A stretch of DNA of 64,000 bases, from NCBI GenBank assembly GCA_044222065.1, contig JBGAOA010000012.1, positions 1-64,000 of the forward strand, given 5' to 3'. Positions 20,175 to 29,208 of this stretch are shown piece after piece. The first letter of the stretch is position 1, and every line of letters begins with the position of its first letter. The notes under the pieces are model-generated. The model had not been told where the DNA came from. It saw only the letters and a program-made list of their open reading frames with translations, and searched no databases. The translations under genes and the position numbers were made by a program. The DNA is from Candidatus Eiseniibacteriota bacterium. GTDB lineage: Bacteria > Eisenbacteria > RBG-16-71-46.

Positions 20175-21854
20175 GTGCGCCTCCGAGCCTTCCTGATGAG
20201 CGCCGCGCTCGCGGCCCTCACCGCCGCGCCCGCCGCGGCCTCGTGGATCATCCTGCCGGACCCGATGCGGCCGAAGGACTTCACGATCGTCAAGAAGGAC
20301 GGCGAGTACCACTGCTTCTACATCGTCCACGATGCGACGAAGCCGTTCGAGCAAACCGAGAAGTGGCTCGGCCACTCGAAATCGAGCGATCTGTTCGTGT
20401 GGACGCAGCTGCCGGACGTGCTTCCGATCCGGCCCGAGTCCTGGGACCGCTCGCACGTCTGGGCGCCGCACGTCGTCGAGCGCGACGGGCTCTACTACCT
20501 CTTCTACACCGGCGTCGAGGACGACGGCCCGGGCGGCGCGGTGCGGCTCTACCAGCGCATGGGGCTCGCCGTGTCGAGCGATCTGATGACCTGGAATCGC
20601 GTCGACGACCCGGTCCTGTCCCCGCCCGACGTGCCGTGGGCCGTGAACGACAGCACGGTCACGTGGGCGGCGTTCCGCGACCCGTTCGTCATGAGGGACC
20701 CGCAGCAGGCCGGCCGCTGGCTCATGTACTACACGGCGGTGCCGAGCATCGCGACGAACGGCATGATCGTCGGCGTCGCGGCCTCGGACGGGGACTTCAC
20801 GCAGTGGGCGGACCTCATGCCGCTCTGGAACACGCACGTCGTGAACGGCTCGACGACCGCGACCGAGTCGCCGCACCTCTTCTTCCGCAACGGGCTCTGG
20901 TACCTGCTCTACTCGAGCACGACGGCTCAGCCGCTGCAGATCGCCGTGAGCGCTTCTCCGACGGGGCCGCTCGGATCGTGGGCGAACTGGGGTTCGGTCG
21001 GGGCGATGCTGAACCAGAACACGGGCTCGTGGTTCGCGAGCGAGTACTTCCGCGACGGGCTCGTGGACTACTTCGCGTACGTGAACGGCACCTGGATCGA
21101 GATCAAGCGCATGTCCTGGTTCCTGAACGGACGCTGGGCGCTGGCCGAGCCCGATCCGTTCCACGTCGTCTCGATGTTCATCGAGCGCGATCCGTTCATG
21201 CTCGACGACGATCCCGTGTGGATCACGGTGAGAACGCGCTGGGGGCTGGGGCGCAGCGTCCAGTACGACGTGATCGGTCACACCGACACGGGTGAGGACC
21301 TCGTGTTCACCCCGCAGACCTTTGGCCTGCCCACGACCATCCCCGTGGACGGGGACTCGCTCCTCGTCGGCGCGAACCTCGGGCCGCCGCTCGACCTCGG
21401 CGACGGGCGGATGGTCACGCACATCCGCCTGCGAACGAAAGACCAGGCGTGTTCGTCGAACTCGTTCGAGCTGCTCGGCGATCCGGTGCAGTTCGAGTAC
21501 GTGCCGCCGCCGCCGCCGCCCGGGCAGCCGCCGGTTCCGACCGAGGATCCGACGCCGATCGAGTACCAGCCGCAGCTGCCCCGTCCGGGATTGCGTCGCA
21601 CCGAGTCGGTGCTCGGCCGCGGGGCCGTGACGTTCGTGGCCGAACTCGACGAGCCGGCGCAGGCCTCGCTCGACGTGTTCGACGTGCAGGGGCGGAAGAT
21701 CGTCCGGCTCGCGAACCGCGTTCTGCCCGCCGGGCCGACGCTGCTCGCGTGGGACGGACGCCGCTCGGACGGCGCGTCGCTGCCGCGCGGTGTCTACTTC
21801 GCGCGCCTCGCGACCCCGGGCGCGACGCGGACGCTGCGCATCGCGCTGCAATAG
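20175..21854 (+). CDS. Secreted five-bladed beta-propeller glycoside hydrolase (GH32/GH43-like) with FlgD-Ig/T9SS-like CTD
   Basis: Signal peptide; PKDF, VWAPHV, FRDPFV, TESPH motifs; Pro-rich linker; FDVQGRKIVRL..WDGR..GVYFARL tail; start could instead be ATG 20196. Confidence 0.78.
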   Translation: MRLRAFLMSAALAALTAAPAAASWIILPDPMRPKDFTIVKKDGEYHCFYIVHDATKPFEQTEKWLGHSKSSDLFVWTQLPDVLPIRPESWDRSHVWAPHVVERDGLYYLFYTGVEDDGPGGAVRLYQRMGLAVSSDLMTWNRVDDPVLSPPDVPWAVNDSTVTWAAFRDPFVMRDPQQAGRWLMYYTAVPSIATNGMIVGVAASDGDFTQWADLMPLWNTHVVNGSTTATESPHLFFRNGLWYLLYSSTTAQPLQIAVSASPTGPLGSWANWGSVGAMLNQNTGSWFASEYFRDGLVDYFAYVNGTWIEIKRMSWFLNGRWALAEPDPFHVVSMFIERDPFMLDDDPVWITVRTRWGLGRSVQYDVIGHTDTGEDLVFTPQTFGLPTTIPVDGDSLLVGANLGPPLDLGDGRMVTHIRLRTKDQACSSNSFELLGDPVQFEYVPPPPPPGQPPVPTEDPTPIEYQPQLPRPGLRRTESVLGRGAVTFVAELDEPAQASLDVFDVQGRKIVRLANRVLPAGPTLLAWDGRRSDGASLPRGVYFARLATPGATRTLRIALQ

Positions 21855-21890
21855 GGCGGCGGGGCGGCGCTCGCCGCGACGCCGGACCGA

Positions 21891-23009
21891 TCAGCCCGAG
21901 AGGCGCTCGGGATTCAGCGCCTCCAGTTCCTTCGGCAGGAAGCGTCCGTCGCGGCGGATGCACTCGTCGTCGAACCAGATCTCGCCGCCGCCGTACTCGG
22001 GCCGCTGGATCAGGACGAGATCCCAGTGGATCTGCGAGCGGTTGCCGTTGTCTGCGATCGTGTACGCCTGACCGGGAGTGAAGTGCAGCGAGCCCGCGAT
22101 CTTCTCGTCGAACAGCGTGTCCTTCATCGGATGCAGGATGAACGGATTGAAGCCGAGCGAGAACTCGCCGATGAAGCGCGCGCCCTCGTCCGTGTCGAGG
22201 AGCTTCTGGAGCGCTTCGGCCGGATTGCCGGTCGCCTTCACGATGCGGCCGCCCTCGAACGTGAAGGAGAGCGAGTCGTACGTGACGCCGAGGTAGAGCG
22301 ACGGCGTGTTGAACGTGATCGTCCCCTCGACCGAGTCGCGTACGGGCGCGGTGAAGCACTCGCCGTCGGGCAGGTTGCGGCGCCCCTCGCACGGCACGAC
22401 GCCGATGCCCTTGATGCTGAATCGCAGGTCGGTGCCCGGGCCCTTGAGCCGCACGCGGTCCGTGCGGCGCATGCGCTCGGCGAGCGGCTCCATCGCCGCG
22501 GACATGCGACCGTAGTCGAGCGTGCACACCCGGTAGTAGAAGTCCTCGAACGCCTCCGTGCTCAGGTTCGCCATCTGCGCCATCGAGGCGGTCGGGTAGC
22601 GGAGCACGACCCAGCGCGTGCGGTTGACGCGGTGGTCGAGGTGCACCGGGTGCACGACGAGCTTGCTGTGCATCGCCTGCTGCTCCGGCGGGACGTCCGA
22701 CAGCTCCGACGCGTTCGAGGCGGCGCGGATGCCGACGTAGGCCTGCACGCTCTTCATCTGCGCGAGTTCGATCTCGGCCTGGATCTGGAACTGGCGCTCG
22801 GTCGCACGCGACAGCAGCGCGCGGTTGACGGCGTTGCTGCGCAGGTACACGACCGGGATCGCGCCGACGTCGTGCGCGGCGTCCACGAGGTCGAGCACGA
22901 GGCCGTCCGCGAGGTCGAAGGCTTCGATCAGCACCGCTTCACCGGATTTCAACTGGGTCGAGTGTTCGACGATGACCCGGGCGAGCCGGGCGTTGCGCGG
23001 GTCGCGCAT
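21891..23009 (-). CDS. Aminopeptidase, peptidase M29 family
   Basis: MRDPR start, NLPDGECFTAP, DEGARFIGEF, LFDEKIAGSLH, SQIHWDLV. Confidence 0.93.
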   Translation of the reverse strand: MRDPRNARLARVIVEHSTQLKSGEAVLIEAFDLADGLVLDLVDAAHDVGAIPVVYLRSNAVNRALLSRATERQFQIQAEIELAQMKSVQAYVGIRAASNASELSDVPPEQQAMHSKLVVHPVHLDHRVNRTRWVVLRYPTASMAQMANLSTEAFEDFYYRVCTLDYGRMSAAMEPLAERMRRTDRVRLKGPGTDLRFSIKGIGVVPCEGRRNLPDGECFTAPVRDSVEGTITFNTPSLYLGVTYDSLSFTFEGGRIVKATGNPAEALQKLLDTDEGARFIGEFSLGFNPFILHPMKDTLFDEKIAGSLHFTPGQAYTIADNGNRSQIHWDLVLIQRPEYGGGEIWFDDECIRRDGRFLPKELEALNPERLSG

Positions 23010-23089
23010 CTGGAGTCTCCTGTGGGCGCGCGCGGCGCGCCGATGCGGGGTGAACGCGAAGACGCGGGCAGGTTAGCACGGGGGCGCGG

Positions 23090-24166
23090 ATGGAACGGAT
23101 CAGGGTCGGGATCCTCGGCACGGGCTTCGGACGCACGGTGCAGGCGGTCGCGTTCGCGCGGCACGAGGGCTTCGAAGTCGCGGCGATCGCCGGCTCGGAC
23201 GAAGCGAAGACGCGCCGCATCGCGGCCGAACTCGGGATCGCCGGCGCCTACGGCGACTGGCGCGCGCTGCTCGAGCGCGAGCGGTCGGGGCTCGCGAGCA
23301 TCGCGACGCCGGTGGACCTGCACCACCCGATGATGCTCGCCGCGCTCGCGCACGGCGCGCACGTGCTGTGCGAGAAGCCGACCGCGCTCGACGCCGCGCA
23401 GGCGCTCGAGATGCGCGCGGCGGGCCGAGCGGCGGGACGCGTGGCGGCGATCAACCACGAGTTCCGCTTCCTGCCCGCGCGGCGTGCGGCGCTCGAGATC
23501 GTGAGCCGCGGCGGAATCGGCGAACCGCGGCGCGCCGAGATCCTCGGCCGTTACCCGTTGTGGACGACGCCGGCCACGCGCGGTCCGACGTGGCTGTCGG
23601 ACAAGACGCGCGGCGGCGGCATCCTCGGGGCGCTCGGCTCGCACCACACCGACTGCCTGCGCACGCTGTTCGGCGAGCCTGTCGCGGCGCGCGCGAGCGT
23701 GCGCGTGGACCAGCCGTGGCGCGGACCGACCGCGGATCGGCCCGAGCGTGCGCGCGCGACCGCCGACGACGCGTGCACCGTCGAGTACCGCTTCGCGAGC
23801 GGTGCGACCGCGCTCGTGGACCTCGATGCGACGGCGCCGTACCGCTGGGAGCGCTTCGAGGTGCGCGGCGCGGAGGCGACGCTGCGCTGGGACGAGCACG
23901 GCGAGGCGCTGTGGCGGGTCGCGCCCGGACGCGAGCCCGAGGCGGTCGAGATTCCCGATGCGCTCAGGCTCGTCCGCCGCGATGGCGACCCGATGCTCGT
24001 TGCGCCGTTCGGCGTGATGCTCGACCGGCTGCACGCGGCGATCACGACCGGCACGCGCATGGAGCCCGACTTCGACGACGCGGTCGCCGTGCAGTGCGCG
24101 CTCGACGCGGCGCGCCGATCGAGCGAGAGCGGCGGCGTCGAGACGCGCGTTTCGTCACCCGACTGA
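23090..24166 (+). CDS. Gfo/Idh/MocA family oxidoreductase
   Basis: GILGTGFG, HVLCEKP, GGGILGALGSH. Confidence 0.93.
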   Translation: MERIRVGILGTGFGRTVQAVAFARHEGFEVAAIAGSDEAKTRRIAAELGIAGAYGDWRALLERERSGLASIATPVDLHHPMMLAALAHGAHVLCEKPTALDAAQALEMRAAGRAAGRVAAINHEFRFLPARRAALEIVSRGGIGEPRRAEILGRYPLWTTPATRGPTWLSDKTRGGGILGALGSHHTDCLRTLFGEPVAARASVRVDQPWRGPTADRPERARATADDACTVEYRFASGATALVDLDATAPYRWERFEVRGAEATLRWDEHGEALWRVAPGREPEAVEIPDALRLVRRDGDPMLVAPFGVMLDRLHAAITTGTRMEPDFDDAVAVQCALDAARRSSESGGVETRVSSPD

Positions 24167-24190
24167 CGCGTCGTCACGCGCGCTGCGCGT

Positions 24191-24219
24191 TGGACCCCCC
24201 TCGGAGCGCTCGCTATACT
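24191..24219 (+). promoter_or_regulatory. Sigma70-type promoter
   Basis: TGGACC-N17-TATACT, 47 nt upstream of GTG 24267. Confidence 0.65.
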
Positions 24220-24266
24220 GCGCGCCCACGTCGCGGGCCTGCCGCCCGCGGGGAAGGAGGGCCTCC

Positions 24267-24995
24267 GTGGCCGATTGGGACGTCATCGCCAAGCAACGAC
24301 TCACGGAAGATTGGGCCACGCTTCGGGCCGCGTACCTGCCTCTCAACCAGGCGATGCGCCGCACCGTGGACTTCCTCGAGAAGGGTGAAGGCAGCTTCTC
24401 GGACCTGCTCGCGGTCGTGCGCGAACGGCTCGACGGCACGCTCAAGAACCTCACGGCATTGTGCGACCGGCGCTCGCCCTGGGTGCGCCTCGAGGCGATC
24501 CGCAACCTGCGCGTGCTCGCGACCGGTCTGCGGGGCGCTGCGAGCGACGATCCCCGCGCGCTGCTGCGCTACCTGTTCGCGCTGAGCGAACTGCTCGCGA
24601 GCGTGTGGAAGGACGCGCCGGTCGAAGCGCGCGTGACGCACAACCTCGTCATCACCGGCGAGCCCGAGTTCTGGTTCGGGTGCGACTGCTGCGCCGTCGG
24701 CACGCTCGCGCCGGCCGGCCCGGACGATCCTCCGGATCTCGTTCGCGGCAAGGACGTGCGGCTCGTGTGGGACGCCGACGCGCTGTTCGCGTGGACGCTC
24801 GACGAGTTCGAGGACTACCTCGCGAACGATCGGCTCTCGCTGCCGAGCACGACGCGCGTCGCGGCGGTCGAGAACCTCGGTCTGCCGGTCGTGGACGTGT
24901 CCTCGGAATCGCTCCGTCGCGGCGGCGAGATCTTCGGCGGGCAGGGGGGCGGCCTGTTCGGCCCGCTCGACCTGCGCTACCTCGAACTGCAGTAG
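24267..24995 (+). CDS. Hypothetical protein
   Basis: Strong RBS GGAAGGAGG, own promoter, genome-typical codons; contains GCDCC; no family recognised. Confidence 0.8.
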   Translation: MADWDVIAKQRLTEDWATLRAAYLPLNQAMRRTVDFLEKGEGSFSDLLAVVRERLDGTLKNLTALCDRRSPWVRLEAIRNLRVLATGLRGAASDDPRALLRYLFALSELLASVWKDAPVEARVTHNLVITGEPEFWFGCDCCAVGTLAPAGPDDPPDLVRGKDVRLVWDADALFAWTLDEFEDYLANDRLSLPSTTRVAAVENLGLPVVDVSSESLRRGGEIFGGQGGGLFGPLDLRYLELQ

Positions 24996-25016
24996 CGCGC
25001 GCCCGACCCTGGAACG

Positions 25017-25050
25017 CGAAACGGCCCCGGCGATCGCCGGGGCCGTTTCG
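25017..25050. terminator. Bidirectional intrinsic terminator
   Basis: Perfect palindrome CGAAACGGCCCCGGCG-AT-CGCCGGGGCCGTTTCG between convergent genes. Confidence 0.8.
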
Positions 25051-25077
25051 TTCGCTTCCGCGGGCGCCGCGAGGCGG

Positions 25078-25176
25078 TCAGCGGCGCGCCTTCTTCGCCG
25101 CGCGTGCCTTCGCCTTCTTGCGCTTCTGCGTTTGCTTCGCGCGCTTGCGATTGAGGCGGTGCTTGTAGGCCGTCAT
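25078..25176 (-). CDS. 32-aa highly basic small protein [32 protein letters not shown]
   Basis: GGAG RBS 4 nt before ATG; TTGCAC-N18-TAGCCT promoter at 25255-25226; terminator downstream; all Lys codons are AAG. Confidence 0.75.
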   Translation of the reverse strand: MTAYKHRLNRKRAKQTQKRKKAKARAAKKARR

Positions 25177-25318
25177 GGATCTCCGTCCGGGCTCGAGTGT
25201 CGTACGTGCGTCGCGTGAGCCGGGGAGGCTAGTCGAGACCGCGCGGCGCGTGCAAGGACGCCCCGAACGCGAACGCGGCCGCCGGTGTTCCGGCAGCCGC
25301 GGGGCGGTCGTTCTCGAA

Positions 25319-25777
25319 TCAGGCCGCGCGCGGCCCGAGGATGCGCTGGACCATGTGCTCCGCCGCCGGGCCCGACTTGACCTCGACGGTCGAGGAGGTG
25401 ACGACGTAGACGCGCAGGTTGTTGCTCGCGGCATCGGCCGGGAACATGAAGAAGCCGTCGCGCTCGGGGGAGTACGAGAGCGAGTAGCCGCACAGCAATT
25501 CCCCGTCCTTGAACTTCACGCACAGCTTCTTGCCCTGGGCGGTCTCGCTCGGTCCCGCGAGGAAGCCCTGGATGTCCTTGCGGGCGGGGTCGCCCGCGAA
25601 GTCGCGGACGAAGAACACGGCCTTGAGCTGCTTCGTGCGGAACTCGACCGACGCGCCGCCGTCGTGCGGCAGGAGATGGAAGATCGGGCGGTTCGGGAAG
25701 AAGTCCTGGGTCGTCCCCTTGAGGATCTTCCCGCCGAGCGTGTGGACCACGACCTTGTTGGTTTCGATGGTGGACAT
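25319..25777 (-). CDS. DUF6982-like protein with two internally related halves
   Basis: [51 protein letters not shown]; family call from recall. Confidence 0.75.
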   Translation of the reverse strand: MSTIETNKVVVHTLGGKILKGTTQDFFPNRPIFHLLPHDGGASVEFRTKQLKAVFFVRDFAGDPARKDIQGFLAGPSETAQGKKLCVKFKDGELLCGYSLSYSPERDGFFMFPADAASNNLRVYVVTSSTVEVKSGPAAEHMVQRILGPRAA

Positions 25778-25825
25778 GAGGGCTCCCTGAAACGCCGTCC
25801 GTGCGAGTGGCGTCGTTCGGGAGGG

Positions 25826-25853
25826 TTGTCGGCCGGGCGCCCTCCGGGCTTGA
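25826..25853 (-). promoter_or_regulatory. Sigma28 (FliA/WhiG)-like promoter
   Basis: Minus strand TCAAG-N15-GCCGACAA upstream of the DUF6982-like gene. Confidence 0.55.
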
Positions 25854-25993
25854 GGGCGATTTGGGCCGCGAACGGCGCGGGCGGCACGAGGACACGCGCC
25901 GAATGCCGCTCCGGGTCGGCGGCTTGCCGCACGCGCGCCGCCTGTGCGAGCGTGCCCGCCTTCCACCCGTCTTCGAACGAAGGAGAACGAATC

Positions 25994-26479
25994 ATGAACG
26001 CCCGAATCCCGGTGATCCTGCTCGCCGTCGCGCTCGTCGCCGGCGGTTGCGCGAGCAGCATGAAGGAGAAGCAGAGCAGCGCGAGCGCGGAGTCCACCGC
26101 GCAGTCCTCGGCCGGCGCTCCGGCGGCCTCCGCCCGGCCGAAGCAGGTCACGCTGTCGAGCGGGCTCGTGTACGAAGAGGTGCGTGTCGGTGACGGCGCG
26201 CTCGCCGAGACCGGGCGTACGGTCGCCGTGCACTACACCGGCCGGCTCACGGACGGCACCGAGTTCGACAGTTCGCGCAACGGCGGCGAACCGTACCGGT
26301 TCCAGCTCGGCAGCGGCCGCGTGATCCGCGGCTGGGACGAGGGCATCAAGGGCATGCGCGTCGGCGGTCAGCGCAAGCTCGTGATTCCGGCGGAGCTCGG
26401 ATACGGCGCGAGCGGCAACGGGCCGATCCCTCCGAACGCGACGCTGCTGTTCGACGTCGAGCTGGTCGACGTGAAGTGA
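25994..26479 (+). CDS. FKBP-type peptidyl-prolyl isomerase, lipoprotein
   Basis: Lipobox-like [49 protein letters not shown]. Confidence 0.95.
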   Translation: MNARIPVILLAVALVAGGCASSMKEKQSSASAESTAQSSAGAPAASARPKQVTLSSGLVYEEVRVGDGALAETGRTVAVHYTGRLTDGTEFDSSRNGGEPYRFQLGSGRVIRGWDEGIKGMRVGGQRKLVIPAELGYGASGNGPIPPNATLLFDVELVDVK

Positions 26480-26491
26480 GGCGGGCGGGCC

Positions 26492-28756
26492 TCAGGCCCG
26501 CTCGGAATCCCGCACCGGACTCGCGCGCAGCGTGTCGAGAACGACGAGTCCGGGGCGGCCGCCTTCGCGGCCGAACGCGAGCACGCCCGTCGGACAGACG
26601 TGCACGCACGCGGAACAGCGCACGCACTGCGGGTCGGCCATGGGCAGGCCGCGATTGGCGAAGTTCATCACGTCGATGCCCTGGTGGCAGACCGCGGTGC
26701 ACTGCCCGCACGAGATGCACTTCTTCTTGTCGGCGAAGATCCGGAAGCGCCCGAATCGCGCGTACACGTGCATGAGCGCCGCGAGCGGGCAGAAGAAGCG
26801 GCACCACACGCGCCCCGAGAGCCAGAAGTACGTGCCGTAGCCGACGACGCCGGCGAGCCCGACGTCGACGATCCACTTGTACTTCGGCGCGAGCACGGAA
26901 TCGAACGCGCGCGACAGCGCGTCGTCGCCGGGAAGGATCCAGCCCGCGATGCGGAGCGCGAGCAAGGCGAACGCGATTCCGAGCACGACCTGTCCCGCGA
27001 GGTTGAGCCGGTTCCAGCCGGGACCGTGCGGCATCTTGCGGCGCTGCGTGTCGCCGAGCGTCTCGGCGAGCGCGCCGCACGAACAGATCCAGCCGCAGTA
27101 GGCGCCCTTGCCGAAGAAGTAGACGAGCAGCGGGATCGCGACGAACGTCTGCACGAACGAGATCGCGAGCCAGGCGCCGAGCGGTTCGTGCGTGAACACG
27201 TTGTAGACGTTGAGCGGCCAGGCGAGCACGAGTCCGTACGCGCGCCAGAACTCGCGGCCGTGCCCGTAGGTCACGGCGGGGAAGAGGGCGTCCGCGAGCG
27301 CGCGCGGAAGCAGGCCGTGGCGGTCGAGCAGAGGCAGGATCAGTTCGGGCAGCAGGAACAGCGGCACGAGCTGGATCGCGACGAGCGTGAGCGTCTGCGC
27401 GGTGACGTACGGCGTGCGGCGGCGCCGGATGCGTCGGGCGCCGAACACGACGATGACGACCGAGTAGGCGAGCGTGTACCAGAACGACGGCCCCGAAGCG
27501 CTGATCGCGAGCGTGCCGAGCAGCGTCCGTGGATCCGCGGCCTGGGCCGCGATCGCTCCACCTGCCGCGGCGAGCAGCGCGGGGAGGTTCGTCGGGAACC
27601 AGTGCAGCCGGTACCACAGGTCCGAGAAGAAGCCGCCCGACTTCCAGTTGTAGAGCCACAGACAGAAGAGGAGGAACGCGCTCATCGCCGCGGCGCGGTG
27701 CGGCGTCCATTCGCCCGCGATCGGAAGCCCCGAGCGGCGGAAGAAGTCGAGCGGGGTCTCGCGCCCGAGGCACGTGAACACCGCGTCGTTCGGCAGGGAC
27801 TCGGCGCCGCCGTCCCCGCGTTCGAGCGTGATCGAACGCTCGTCGATCGCCCGCACGCGCGTCTCGAGGCGCACCGCGATCCGCGATCCGAGCGCTTCGA
27901 GGCGCGCCACGTTCTCGGGCTTCGGCCGCCGCCACGCGTCGCCGCGGTGGATCAGCGTCACGCGCGCGCCGGCTTCGGCGAGCGCGATCGCGCTCTCGAG
28001 CGCCGAGTCGCCTCCGCCGACGACCGCGACATCGCGCGCGGCGAAGTCGGCGGGATCGTGGAGTCGGTTCGACACCTTCGCGAGCGATTCGCCCGGAACT
28101 TCGAGCCGGCGGAAGTTCCCGCTCCGCCCGATCGCGACGATCACGCGCTCCGCCGTGACGGAACGGCCGCCCGCGAGCTCGACGACGAGCCGTCCCTCGG
28201 CGCGGCGGACGCGCTCGGCGCGAGCCAGCTCGAAGGGCACGTCGAGGGCCTCGAGCTGCCGCCGGAGTTCCGCGAGCAGGTCTTCCCGGGTTCCGGCCGT
28301 GACCTGCAGGTCGCCCTCGGGGTGAAGGTCGGAGGGGTAGGTGAAGATCGGCTTCCGCTGGGGGAAATTCACCAAAGTGGACAGCGGTTCGACGGCTTCG
28401 AACACGACGAATCGGAGGCCGAGCCTGCGCGCCTCCGCGGCCGCGGCGAGTCCCGCGACGCCTGCGCCGAGTATCGCGAGATCGAACTCGGCCGTGCGTC
28501 GCGTGCGGCCCGCGAGTTCGCGCGCCGCACGGCGCGCGGCCGCCACGCCCGTCTGCAGCGCGAACTTGAGCAGCGGACGGCCCGCGAGGTCCCCGGCGAC
28601 GAAGACGCCCGCGAGCGCCGTGCCGCCGTCCTCTCCGAGCAGCGGCTCCGCCTCGCTTCGAGCGGATGGCCACCGGAGGTGGAGCCAGTTCGCATATCGA
28701 CCCAGTACCCGATTCAGCCGTGCCTCCGGACTTCGGACCCGATCGCGAGACGCCAC
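26492..28756 (-). CDS. Flavoprotein (TrxB/YpdA-like) fused to a NapH/MauN-like membrane 4Fe-4S protein
   Basis: GAGVAG and GGGDSA dinucleotide motifs; TM helices; YCGWICSCG, WCRFFCP; two 4Fe-4S motifs (CISCGQCTAVC, CVRCSACVHVCP). Confidence 0.85.
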   Translation of the reverse strand: MASRDRVRSPEARLNRVLGRYANWLHLRWPSARSEAEPLLGEDGGTALAGVFVAGDLAGRPLLKFALQTGVAAARRAARELAGRTRRTAEFDLAILGAGVAGLAAAAEARRLGLRFVVFEAVEPLSTLVNFPQRKPIFTYPSDLHPEGDLQVTAGTREDLLAELRRQLEALDVPFELARAERVRRAEGRLVVELAGGRSVTAERVIVAIGRSGNFRRLEVPGESLAKVSNRLHDPADFAARDVAVVGGGDSALESAIALAEAGARVTLIHRGDAWRRPKPENVARLEALGSRIAVRLETRVRAIDERSITLERGDGGAESLPNDAVFTCLGRETPLDFFRRSGLPIAGEWTPHRAAAMSAFLLFCLWLYNWKSGGFFSDLWYRLHWFPTNLPALLAAAGGAIAAQAADPRTLLGTLAISASGPSFWYTLAYSVVIVVFGARRIRRRRTPYVTAQTLTLVAIQLVPLFLLPELILPLLDRHGLLPRALADALFPAVTYGHGREFWRAYGLVLAWPLNVYNVFTHEPLGAWLAISFVQTFVAIPLLVYFFGKGAYCGWICSCGALAETLGDTQRRKMPHGPGWNRLNLAGQVVLGIAFALLALRIAGWILPGDDALSRAFDSVLAPKYKWIVDVGLAGVVGYGTYFWLSGRVWCRFFCPLAALMHVYARFGRFRIFADKKKCISCGQCTAVCHQGIDVMNFANRGLPMADPQCVRCSACVHVCPTGVLAFGREGGRPGLVVLDTLRASPVRDSERA

Positions 28757-28799
28757 GATGGGATTTCAAACGAACGCGCCAGTGAGTTCCTCATTGACG

Positions 28800-28827
28800 A
28801 CGTCGGCTCCAACACTTAGCGTCTTAG
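28800..28827 (-). promoter_or_regulatory. Sigma28-like promoter (weaker match)
   Basis: Minus strand CTAAG-N15-GCCGACGT upstream of the flavoprotein-ferredoxin gene. Confidence 0.4.
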
Positions 28828-29208
28828 TCGATTCTTTCGCAGGAAGCGGGGGGCGACTCGCTCCAGGACATCGGAGCCGGTGGCCTCCCGGCGTGTCGCA
28901 GCGGGTAGCAAGCGTTTCCGGGCCCACCTCCCGGTCTCGCCAACTCGTGAATTCACACTAGCTCAAAAGGTTCCTGTTTGGCTTCGCGAGTATCGGGTCA
29001 TCCCCCGGCCCTCCTCGCAATTCAGGGAGGTAGAGCTTCCGAGAAGCGACACCGGTGAGTTGATTCAAGAGGACCCCCTCGACTCCGGGCGTGAAGTGGC
29101 CTGACGTCCAGGGGCCGCACCCAACGCGGTCTCGACTCCGACTGCGCGGGACGTTTTCGGGGATGACCGTTCACATCACGCAGCCGTACGCAGAGAGGAA
29201 GGACAACC

